Assembly (NCBI GenBank): GCA_040285825.1
Contig: JAUPSS010000004.1
Location: 2,770,550 to 2,834,549 of the forward strand
From: Eukaryota sp. TZLM1-RC
Lineage: Eukaryota > Protista > Metamonada: BaSk clade
DNA length: 64,000 nucleotides
Direction: 5' to 3'
The notes under the pieces were generated by a model. The model saw only the letters and a program-made list of their open reading frames with translations. It was not told where the DNA came from and made no database searches. This document shows, one piece after another, positions 21,666-30,578 of the stretch. The position numbers and the translations under genes were made by a program. The stretch's first letter is position 1. Each line of letters opens with the position of its first letter.

Positions 21666-24610
21666 CTGCCCTTTCTTCTTTTCGAGCGTCGAGGCCTGAT
21701 AGGAGTTGGATTAACATTATTGTTAATATTATCAGAACGACGTTTACGGCGTGAAGGACGAGAGCGAGTATTAGAAACAGACTTGGAGAATTCTTTATAG
21801 GCAGAGGTGTTTTGAACAGTCGAAACCAGCTCAGTGGTAATATGATTGCCAGGCCATTGGACTTGACAGTAATCACCATCCTGACTGAGGACTTTCTGGA
21901 TCACGTGCTCTTCTGCATCACCAGCAGCAATCCAGGAGTGAAATTCATCATCAGCTGGTAAACTGGAATGCCAAGGTTGGAGGTGCTTCACACTGGCTTT
22001 AACAACCATACCAGTACACAGGTTCTTGATGTCAGCTGTGGAGGTAGAGGGTGTGTCAATAACTAAGAATGGTCCTTTGTAGTTACCATGTAACTTAGCA
22101 GTGGAAGACGAAGCTCGTTTGACCAATTGGCCAGGAGAGAAAGGGTTGGCTTCGATTTGGGAATCACGAGGAGGAGCCTTGGAAGCTTGACGGAGCTCTG
22201 CTTCCTCCTGTTTCTTCTTCAATCTGGCAAATTTGGATTGAATGTTGTTGATGTAGGTTGACTCAGACGTTGAGCTTTCGAGGGTCTCTATGATTTTGCC
22301 GGGGTCAGCTCTTGGGCTAAAATCTGAACCAAACATGAGCTCGTATGGAGAGTAACCTGTAATCGAACTCTTGGATGAGTTGATTAACAATTGTACATAG
22401 GGTATGTACTCTGACCATGCGTCGTAGGCGTTAAAATCTACGAGCAGCTTCCTCAAATTCTGCAAAATGTCACGGTGACGGCGTTCGACTAAACCGTTGG
22501 ATTGAGAGAAGTGAGGGACGGACTTTGAGACCTCTATGCCCAAAAACTCACATAGAGCGTCGAAGACAGCTTTAGAGAACTCAGGACCGTTGTCACTATG
22601 AACTATGAACGGAATCCCGAATATCGCGCATACCTTCCATATGAGAGCGTCAGCAGTAAGGTTGGCGTTGAGTTCTTTGAGAGGGACTATGATAGTGAAC
22701 CTCGTGAAGCTATCCACAAATACAAGAATGTATCTGTGGCCGTCTTGATCTTCTGGAAGAGGACCAATGACGTCGACGTTAACTCTTGCGAATGGTCTGT
22801 CAGCCCACAAGGAACCAGTTGTAGGGACATGCAGTTTGGGGACTGCTGCTGTCTTCTGACAGGAGGGGCATTCTTGGACGTGCTTGGTCATGTCTGAAAG
22901 CATGTTAGGCCACCAGTAGTCGCTGTTCTTGAGTCTGAGGAGACTTTCTGCCTTACTGGGGTGGCCACCTTGCGGGAGTCCATGTAGAAGGTTAAGCGTA
23001 TCCTTAACCAGTGATTGAGGAATCACGATCTTGTGCTCTGGAGTCAGATAAAGATCTAGACGACTATCCAAAGTACAGTTGTTGAACGAGGTGTCCTGGT
23101 TAGCGAGGGCTCGCTTTTGTTCGGACCTGATCTTGCAGAGCCATGGCTCGAAGAGTGGAAGGTCATTGGAGCATTTGTCTTGAAGGATGAGCACCTTCTC
23201 AAATGTATGGAGATCTTCAACGAAGCATCTCTCTGACTCAGTTTCGTCAATCCTATTTGTGTAGTAGATAGGGTGAAACTCTTGGTCATTAGAATGTACC
23301 AGATGGTTGATGGTATGATTGTCTTGGGGCGGTACTATCCTAGATAGCATGTCTGCCCAATGGTTCTCTTCCCCTTTTGTATGAACTATGTCGAATAGGA
23401 ACTCAGAAAAGATGGGAAGCCACCTTCTGACTATTCTGTTTTTGTTCGGAGCGGTAAGCATGTAAGTAAGGTTTTGGTGATCTGTGAAAATGATCAGACG
23501 CCTTCCTTTGAGGTAGTTCTCGAAGCCACTTTCGGTAAGCATGAGAAGGATAGCATAGAGCTCTTTCTGTACCGTGGGCCAGTTCTGCTGGGAGTTAGTC
23601 AACAATCTGCTGAAGAAGCTGATTGGTCTACATTTCCTATTGAGTAAGGAAGTACCAGGGTCCTTAGTGGGTTCTATTTGTTCCCAAATCACGCCGCCAA
23701 CTGCTATATCAGAGGCATCACAACTTATTAGTACTTGGTTATCCACCGGAGGTAAGTTGAGAGGCATGTGCTCCGCGATCAGACGTTTGATTTCGGCTAA
23801 ATGGTAGTCGTGCGTGTCTTTCCACTGCAAGCGACGTGGTTTGCCATGTGTTAATTTGATGATCGGGGCAACATGCTTGGTTACCTGGGGAAGCCATTCC
23901 CTAATGAAGTTGACTGAGCCGATAAGGCTACGGGCGTCTTTCACAGTCTTAGGTCTGGGAAGATTCAGTAAAGACTCTGTGCGTGTAGGATCTATGGTCC
24001 TGGTTTTGTGTTGGAATCTGCTACCAAGGATCTTTATTGGGTGTCTAGAGGACACAAAATGGCACTTGGGCAGTCCAAGGCTAACTCTACGGGTTCGAGC
24101 CTTCTCGAGGACACGTCTTAGACGTCCGAGGAACTCGTTGAAAGTTCTACCTACTATAATGATGTCATCTATATAGATGAATACACCGTCTCCGGTGAAG
24201 ATGTCTGCCATAACGTTCTGGAAAACTGCAGGAACGTTCTTGAGGCCGAAAGCAGCACGTTTAAACATGATACTTTTGCCAGGGATGCTTAAGGCAGTCT
24301 TCTCCCAGTCCTTTTCTGCAATCTTTAGTTGCCAAAAGGCTTTGGGGAGGTCAAGGGTACCGATGAAATTGGCTTCCGAAAGGAAGACTAACACGTCGGA
24401 TATTCTGGGGAGATTAGGTTCAACGGGAATAGTGTTGGCGTTGACTCCGTCCTTGCCGCTGTAATCACCAGTAAGGCGAGGCTTACGATGATCAGGGTAT
24501 ACCACAAGACATACTGGAGAGCTGAACTCATGGTTCGATGGTACAGCAAATCCAGACTCGACGAGTTCATCGAAGATCTGTTCGGCGACTTTCTGCTTCT
24601 CGGGGTTTAA
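21650..24610 (-). CDS. pol: Gypsy pol: RT, RNase H, integrase, chromodomain-like tail
   Basis: LDLPKAFWQ, FGLKN, YIDD; CDASD, KELYA, TDH; H..H..CPSC, VDVIG, SDNGPEF, NGLVER, GPF. Frame is open upstream of 24505 to about 24610. Confidence 0.93.
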   Translation of the reverse strand, partial: LNPEKQKVAEQIFDELVESGFAVPSNHEFSSPVCLVVYPDHRKPRLTGDYSGKDGVNANTIPVEPNLPRISDVLVFLSEANFIGTLDLPKAFWQLKIAEKDWEKTALSIPGKSIMFKRAAFGLKNVPAVFQNVMADIFTGDGVFIYIDDIIIVGRTFNEFLGRLRRVLEKARTRRVSLGLPKCHFVSSRHPIKILGSRFQHKTRTIDPTRTESLLNLPRPKTVKDARSLIGSVNFIREWLPQVTKHVAPIIKLTHGKPRRLQWKDTHDYHLAEIKRLIAEHMPLNLPPVDNQVLISCDASDIAVGGVIWEQIEPTKDPGTSLLNRKCRPISFFSRLLTNSQQNWPTVQKELYAILLMLTESGFENYLKGRRLIIFTDHQNLTYMLTAPNKNRIVRRWLPIFSEFLFDIVHTKGEENHWADMLSRIVPPQDNHTINHLVHSNDQEFHPIYYTNRIDETESERCFVEDLHTFEKVLILQDKCSNDLPLFEPWLCKIRSEQKRALANQDTSFNNCTLDSRLDLYLTPEHKIVIPQSLVKDTLNLLHGLPQGGHPSKAESLLRLKNSDYWWPNMLSDMTKHVQECPSCQKTAAVPKLHVPTTGSLWADRPFARVNVDVIGPLPEDQDGHRYILVFVDSFTRFTIIVPLKELNANLTADALIWKVCAIFGIPFIVHSDNGPEFSKAVFDALCEFLGIEVSKSVPHFSQSNGLVERRHRDILQNLRKLLVDFNAYDAWSEYIPYVQLLINSSKSSITGYSPYELMFGSDFSPRADPGKIIETLESSTSESTYINNIQSKFARLKKKQEEAELRQASKAPPRDSQIEANPFSPGQLVKRASSSTAKLHGNYKGPFLVIDTPSTSTADIKNLCTGMVVKASVKHLQPWHSSLPADDEFHSWIAAGDAEEHVIQKVLSQDGDYCQVQWPGNHITTELVSTVQNTSAYKEFSKSVSNTRSRPSRRKRRSDNINNNVNPTPIRPRRSKRRKGSVSLG

Positions 24611-27561
24611 CCTACAGGGGGTCGTCTGACTCGAATACTTTCATCATGAAAGTTGATCTCCATTGGAGGACAGTCAATCCCATCAGCATGCGGCTTAAGG
24701 GTGAATGTCTCTTCGAACTCTTTCAAGGTTAGAAGTAAGGTCTTCTTGTCGTTATCACAGTCGAGGTTAATAGTACAACCAGAAGACTGTATGTGCTCCA
24801 ACCAACGTCTGGGGACGTTGACGACATCTGAGACTTGGGAGATTCGATGGTCGAATTCAGCCTCAGGCAGAAGTAATGTACGATGTTCCTCATCCATCTT
24901 GATGAAGAGGCCTTCATCGTTCAATAAGCCTAGGTGATGCAACAGGTCTCTACCAATTAGTAACATATTGTTGCCAGGAATGATGGCCAAGCTATGTTTC
25001 ACGTGTACTAGTTGGGTTACACTACCGAGTCTGAAGCTCAGTGTGCCTTCTGCTGATCCTAAAGACTTCGACATGATGTTGTTTGCAGACTTAAAGTTTA
25101 TGCAATGGTTAGTCTTTACCATGTTGCATCTCTCTGCTAAATCAACAGTGATGACTGATATCGAAGCTCCAGAGTCGATGATCCCTTCTATTTCGCAGTT
25201 ATTTATTGAAAATTTCAATTTTAAATTTTTGCGTGCGACATCTGAGGTGCGAACCATGAAGATATCGCTATGGGACTCTGAGTCTGGGTTCGAGTCGAAC
25301 TCATGATTGAAACAGGGTTTATTTGGTGTTTCTATCGTTGTAGCTGTTTTAAAATTCCGGGTAGTCAAAGGATTAGTTAAACACTTAATCCACTGGTTGG
25401 AGACTGAGGTTTGTTTTATGTTTGGTGTTTTACGTGCTGGAGAGCTGTCTTGCTCTATAGTAAACAAGGAACATTTGTTTGAACGTTGCTTTGATGTATT
25501 ACCTGTTGGAGAGCTATCTTGCTCTATAGTAAACATTGAATATTTATGGGAACGTTTATTACTACTAGAAGGGCCCTTGCCTCTTCCTCTACGTCTACCT
25601 CTGCCTCTACTACTACTATTACTACTACCCCTAGCCAAATATGCTCGAACGGCATCTGGGTTGGCATCTCGCCATTGCTTGGATCGCTGGCAATCAGGGT
25701 CGGGACATTCGTTAATAGAGTGGCCTGGAAAACCACAGAATCTACAGAGACCAGCTTTATCTCTTTCTTTCTTAATTTGCGACTTGCTCCTTTTGGTGAG
25801 TTGAGCAGGGGCGACGCTGGAACCCGCAGGCTTAAATTTGCCTATTCTTTTCTTGTCTTTTGGGTTTGCTCTAACATAGTGACCCATATGTTGTTGATAG
25901 CTGTCACTGATATTGGCCCTTTGCTCGTCATAGGATCTTGCTGAACACCAACTCATGTATTCAGCAGCAAGGATGTCGACAAATTGTTGTAAAGTATGGT
26001 GTTGCCAAACATTGGGTGTGGACCATACTGTTCTCAGGTTGTCACTGATGGCCTGAATACCAACAGAATCGATCATATGGGTTGCAATTTCCCAGTTTTG
26101 AATGCGCTGTAGGAAATGTTGACCATACAAGGCACGGTCGCTTGCCCTGACGTCAGAAATGGCGGTACTTCGTGAAACTGTTCTCATTAGCCTCACAGTG
26201 AAGTCGCCCCAGCGATTCCTAAAGTCCTGAATATTCCAATTCATCTGAACTCTATATAACTGATTCCTCGCCGTTTCTAAAGTACTATACTGGCTGAGGT
26301 GTAAAATTGATTCCCATATTTGCTCCTCATTAATGTTGTCGATAGCTGAGATACTATCAGACATAGACGAAAATCTGCCTTGAGCTCTCAGAGCAGCTAA
26401 GCACTCTGGAGTAACGCAGGAGGCAATCCTACGAGGGTCGACTTGAGCAGCAGCTCTGAATCGGTCCCACTCGTGGAGGGGGTTACCATATCTCTGATTG
26501 AGAGGGAGGTTCCGGTTTTCTCTGCTTATGGATTGAGGAGTGGCAGGAGGACGAGAACGTTCCTCAAGTTGCCTTCTTAATTCAGACACTTCTCTTGCTA
26601 GTCTGACTTGAGTAGGATCAGATTCATTGATATCTCTCTCTTCAATGGTCCTCTCAGTCCTAGCATACAGAATAAATCTGTCGATGAATTTCAAGATCCT
26701 TACAGGGTCAGAGATATCGTTGGCTTCCAGGGTGGGTTTTCTAGGACGACCACCTCTTTGTCTATCTCTATCTCTATCTTGTGAACTCGCCATAGCTTCC
26801 ATCAGTAGAGTGTTGGAAAACTGGGGAGCTATGGGAGTGTTAGAAGGAGTTGCTCCTAGGAGCCTAGGGTCCTGAGGAACCTGGGAAGGAGTTGATGGAT
26901 CCTGAGATTGGACAACTACAGGTTGTTGCACTGTCTCAACAGTGTCAGTAGTTGCCATCGGCTCATCTTGTTGTTGGTCATCCTGAGGCTCAATGCTCAA
27001 AGATGAGAAAACTGTGTCTGTCTCAACTGGGTCAGGCTCAGAAGTTCTCAATTCTACTGGGTCATGATCACTCGGATAGTAACTTTGCACATTACCATCG
27101 ATATTGACCCACAGAAGAGAACTAGAATTGGTGACGCCAATGTTCTCCTGTACATTCATCAGGGCATCCCTTAAAGGCCTATTCCTTCTATGCTCCGGAC
27201 CAAAATATGACGCACAAAGGTCAGGTCTGCGGTCTTGAAGGTACAATCTTTGGTAGTTCGTAGTGTAAGTGTACCACCATCCAGTCCTGAAATCTCTGTT
27301 GATATAAATATCAAGAGAGGCATTGTATCCAGGGCTAAACCTGGGGAAAGGACATGGGTTACATCGGTTGAGGAAGAGATTCAGCTCATCACCAGCGAAG
27401 ATCCTCTGTACACCTTCACGAGGAGTTCTGAACCCTCCAACAGTATCCCGTTGAGGATAAATTGGAGGAGGGTCACAACGAAACGTAAGATTGTCTACTT
27501 CCTCCGTTGGGAAGTAGGGGCCAATTCTTCTGCGTATCCTAAAGCCGTGATCATTAACCAC
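24607..27561 (-). CDS. gag: Gypsy gag-protease segment
   Basis: CRFCGFPGHSINEC zinc knuckle; IIDSGAS and LLIGRD aspartic protease motifs. Confidence 0.88.
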   Translation of the reverse strand: MVNDHGFRIRRRIGPYFPTEEVDNLTFRCDPPPIYPQRDTVGGFRTPREGVQRIFAGDELNLFLNRCNPCPFPRFSPGYNASLDIYINRDFRTGWWYTYTTNYQRLYLQDRRPDLCASYFGPEHRRNRPLRDALMNVQENIGVTNSSSLLWVNIDGNVQSYYPSDHDPVELRTSEPDPVETDTVFSSLSIEPQDDQQQDEPMATTDTVETVQQPVVVQSQDPSTPSQVPQDPRLLGATPSNTPIAPQFSNTLLMEAMASSQDRDRDRQRGGRPRKPTLEANDISDPVRILKFIDRFILYARTERTIEERDINESDPTQVRLAREVSELRRQLEERSRPPATPQSISRENRNLPLNQRYGNPLHEWDRFRAAAQVDPRRIASCVTPECLAALRAQGRFSSMSDSISAIDNINEEQIWESILHLSQYSTLETARNQLYRVQMNWNIQDFRNRWGDFTVRLMRTVSRSTAISDVRASDRALYGQHFLQRIQNWEIATHMIDSVGIQAISDNLRTVWSTPNVWQHHTLQQFVDILAAEYMSWCSARSYDEQRANISDSYQQHMGHYVRANPKDKKRIGKFKPAGSSVAPAQLTKRSKSQIKKERDKAGLCRFCGFPGHSINECPDPDCQRSKQWRDANPDAVRAYLARGSSNSSSRGRGRRRGRGKGPSSSNKRSHKYSMFTIEQDSSPTGNTSKQRSNKCSLFTIEQDSSPARKTPNIKQTSVSNQWIKCLTNPLTTRNFKTATTIETPNKPCFNHEFDSNPDSESHSDIFMVRTSDVARKNLKLKFSINNCEIEGIIDSGASISVITVDLAERCNMVKTNHCINFKSANNIMSKSLGSAEGTLSFRLGSVTQLVHVKHSLAIIPGNNMLLIGRDLLHHLGLLNDEGLFIKMDEEHRTLLLPEAEFDHRISQVSDVVNVPRRWLEHIQSSGCTINLDCDNDKKTLLLTLKEFEETFTLKPHADGIDCPPMEINFHDESIRVRRPPVG

Positions 27562-27658
27562 TTCTGGACCCCCAAAATGGGGGTAAAAGCAGCAATGAGT
27601 TCATTGGGAGGAATCGATGCAGGATCTCCTTGCATTAACTCAATACCAGCATTGAGAA

Positions 27659-28795
27659 CTAAAGTTTGAGCTTCAGTCCTCTGCTGGGTAGAGATGAAAG
27701 GAGAATCTGATTCCTGGGGCTGGCTTGGGGCTTGATAGGTGTTAGGCTGTGCAGCACTAAGCACCTGCCAAGCAGCAGGAACAGAAGAAACAACGTGACC
27801 TTGCTGAGGAGTCTGGCCAGAGGTTGGGGAATATGAATTACTCCTCTAGTAGGGACTCCCGAAGGAGGAACAGATGGAGTTGAATGGACTTCTGTAGGAG
27901 CTACCGTAGTAGGAGCAGAAGTATTAGGAGGACCTGCTACAGGAACTTCTCGAGAAGGAGTAGTAGGATTAGAGTTACCAGCAGGGACTGCAGGAGGAGC
28001 TGGTTGTTGCGGAGGGCTGCTTTCCATAGGAACTTCCCTAGAAGGAATGGAAGGAGCTTGTTGTCCTTCCCCAGGAGCTTCCGTAGAAGAAGTAGAAGAA
28101 ACTTGTTGTCCTTCCCCAGGAGCTTCCGTAGAAGAAGTAGAAGGAACTTGTTGTCCTTCCCCAGGAACTTCCGTAGAAGAAGTGGAAGGAGCAACAGGAG
28201 CGCAAACAATAGGTGAAGAGGGAGGCTCTACCCTCTTGAGCTTCAACAGCTCAGATATCTTGTTGCTGGCCGAGTCAGGATCAGTCTGGTTGATGATATA
28301 CTTCAGATATTCATCTAAAGTACTGAACTGTTCAGGACCTAAAAGGGAATCTTCAACCTCTCCTTCAGAACCAGGGGGAGGAGAAAGAGGTACAAAGTTT
28401 TCCACATTAGAGGGAGGAAAAGGAAGACTTATAGGAACCACAGGAACGTCATCCGTAGATGGAGTGGAACCTTGACCCGAGGGTAGAGAGGAAGTATCAC
28501 TTCTCTCGCCACCAGAGGGTTGTTCTGTTCCCAACTGAGGAGTTTGGGAGGAAGAACTTGTAACATTGGGTTGTGTAACAGAATCTCCGGAGGGAGGAGT
28601 TAACACAGGAGGAGGAGAAGCATTGCTTCCCTCGGACCCAGTTGACAAGGGTTGTTCTGGTCCCGACTGAGGAGTTCGGGAGGAAGAACTCGAAGAGTGA
28701 GACGTAGGAGGATCAGTCCTAACAGTCTCGGAGTTGTCATTGGAACCACCCAAAGGTGATCCAATACGTATTGATGATCTGTGGGGGTTAGACAT
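27659..28795 (-). CDS. Pro/Ser/Thr-rich N-terminal segment of the Gypsy polyprotein (ATG inside 5' LTR)
   Basis: ORF within the element; contains three 45-bp repeats (28057-28190, STSSTEAPGEGQQV). Confidence 0.7.
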   Translation of the reverse strand: MSNPHRSSIRIGSPLGGSNDNSETVRTDPPTSHSSSSSSRTPQSGPEQPLSTGSEGSNASPPPVLTPPSGDSVTQPNVTSSSSQTPQLGTEQPSGGERSDTSSLPSGQGSTPSTDDVPVVPISLPFPPSNVENFVPLSPPPGSEGEVEDSLLGPEQFSTLDEYLKYIINQTDPDSASNKISELLKLKRVEPPSSPIVCAPVAPSTSSTEVPGEGQQVPSTSSTEAPGEGQQVSSTSSTEAPGEGQQAPSIPSREVPMESSPPQQPAPPAVPAGNSNPTTPSREVPVAGPPNTSAPTTVAPTEVHSTPSVPPSGVPTRGVIHIPQPLARLLSKVTLFLLFLLLGRCLVLHSLTPIKPQASPRNQILLSSLPSRGLKLKL

Positions 28796-28931
28796 TGAGT
28801 ATACCTTAAATGTAATTAGATTTATTACAAGGGAATGAGGATTTCCCTTAACTTAAGCGCATGGGCGCAATAATACAATAACTATTAATAAACTATAAAT
28901 AAACTATTATAAATATTATCCAAGGCTAACA
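28772..28931 (-). repeat. 5' LTR
   Basis: Reads as identical to 21506-21665. Confidence 0.95.
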
Positions 28932-29351
28932 TATAACGGAAATGACAATAAATTCATTTAATGAAGACCGACAGCAACTCCTTACATCGGGAATACCGCA
29001 GATTCCTAATGTGCTTGATTCAATCAATTGAAATTCATAACACGCTTACTCATGTGGTTCGTCATTAATTGTTAACTTCACTTCAAACTCTACATTGTTT
29101 GACAGAAAATGAACATGATGTCATGAAACTCCCTGTGCAATTATTCAAACAATGTTGCAAAGCGTATCTGTTGAGTATGTTGAAGACGTCAACTTAGCCA
29201 GAAGATGATACATGCAAGATATTCCTGGGATTTCATGGCAAGAATTTGTCTAGCTCAATTTCAACGAACATTTAAAAGCAAAAACAATAAAAAACAAAAA
29301 TCATTTACTGTACACATTACAAAGGATAAACAAGAATGTTGGTAAATAAAT

Positions 29352-30539
29352 CTATAGTAATTCGTTAAAATAGTCTTCGTTGCTCTCATTATGATCAATA
29401 AAATCTGGTGAATAAAACATCCCATGCCATAAACGACATCTATGACCAACAGTAGGACAATCAATCAAAATCACATCATCAATACCATCATCATCAAAAT
29501 CAACTGCCGTTACTGCTATACTTGCACTATTCGGAATGTCAAACTTCCCCTTGAAAGACTGAGAAAAGTCAAAATTACCCAGAGTCCAGTCTCCACCACT
29601 ACTCACCAGCAAATACCACCACTGATTGTCAATCTTGAACGCAGTATTTGTAGCTTGATGAGAGGCCGAGGGCATATTAACCAGCCTGTCATTTAAATAA
29701 GAGAGTTCTCCCTTTGAGGTTATACACAACTCCATCTGAGTTTCCCCCTGAACCACTCGCAAGAGATGAGAATTTGGACAATGTTGTTCTTCCTTCTCAA
29801 TAGAAGCAACGACGCCTCTCCTCGGACCACTACTCCTAGCAGAGGTTGATCTCCAGAAAGAGGGACCTTCTATAACATCAGAGAATGTTCCATCTTGGTT
29901 GAAATCAGACAGAATCCAAGTCTTAATGTTAATATGCGGTCTCCATTGGACCCTGCTGCAACTGTTACCGGTATTAGGACTACATCGGCTCTGATGGCAA
30001 TATCCAGTAGCTGAAACTATTACAACATCAAGCTTACCATTGTTATTAAGATCAGTTGCAACAAATGCATGTGCTTCAGCCCAATCGCGGTAATAACTTC
30101 TAAGGCTACTGGTATAACCAGAGCTACATCTAGAGCTAGCTCGGTCAGCTTCAATTGAGAAAGTATTGCGATGGTATTCTGAATAACCAGAGCTTCTAAC
30201 TGGATGAAAACCACTAACTCCTTGCCATGTTCTAGGACCTGCAGTTATGTCATAAATAACACGGTGGGAATAAGTAATTTCCTGATTGTAATTGTGGTTA
30301 GAAAATGATCTGGTACCAGATCTTGAATGTCTTGTGGCATAAAATACAATTGCATCCAGTTGATCATTGGAGTCCACTTTTCCTGTTACAACATGTACAA
30401 TACGGTTTGAATGAAGATCGGGCAGTTCTGGTTCCAGAAGATGATCTCCCGACAAAACAAACCGTGAAGACGCAAAGACAAGTGTACAATGTAGACAGAG
30501 AAGGGGTAGGATTAACATTGAGGATGGGAAATTCCCCAT
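29352..30539 (-). CDS. Secreted FG-GAP/VCBS-like repeat protein, paralogue 1
   Basis: Signal-peptide-like N-terminus (possible start 30518); DLNNNGKLDVV, DFNQDG and DFDDDGIDDVI calcium-blade motifs. Confidence 0.75.
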   Translation of the reverse strand: MGNFPSSMLILPLLCLHCTLVFASSRFVLSGDHLLEPELPDLHSNRIVHVVTGKVDSNDQLDAIVFYATRHSRSGTRSFSNHNYNQEITYSHRVIYDITAGPRTWQGVSGFHPVRSSGYSEYHRNTFSIEADRASSRCSSGYTSSLRSYYRDWAEAHAFVATDLNNNGKLDVVIVSATGYCHQSRCSPNTGNSCSRVQWRPHINIKTWILSDFNQDGTFSDVIEGPSFWRSTSARSSGPRRGVVASIEKEEQHCPNSHLLRVVQGETQMELCITSKGELSYLNDRLVNMPSASHQATNTAFKIDNQWWYLLVSSGGDWTLGNFDFSQSFKGKFDIPNSASIAVTAVDFDDDGIDDVILIDCPTVGHRCRLWHGMFYSPDFIDHNESNEDYFNELL

Positions 30540-30578
30540 ATGTACAGCATTAATTTTCGTGCAGAATAATTACAAAAA

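Larger units (their letters stand above)
21506..28931 (-). mobile_element. Full-length Ty3/Gypsy LTR retrotransposon
   Basis: 160-bp TG..CA LTRs, TATA TSD (21502-21505, 28932-28935), PPT GAAAAGAAGAAAGGGCAG, domain order gag-PR-RT-RH-IN. Confidence 0.97.

Noticed and set aside
22598-28475. Plus-strand ORFs within the Gypsy element
   Set aside because: Antisense shadows of the gag-pol frame with no independent features.
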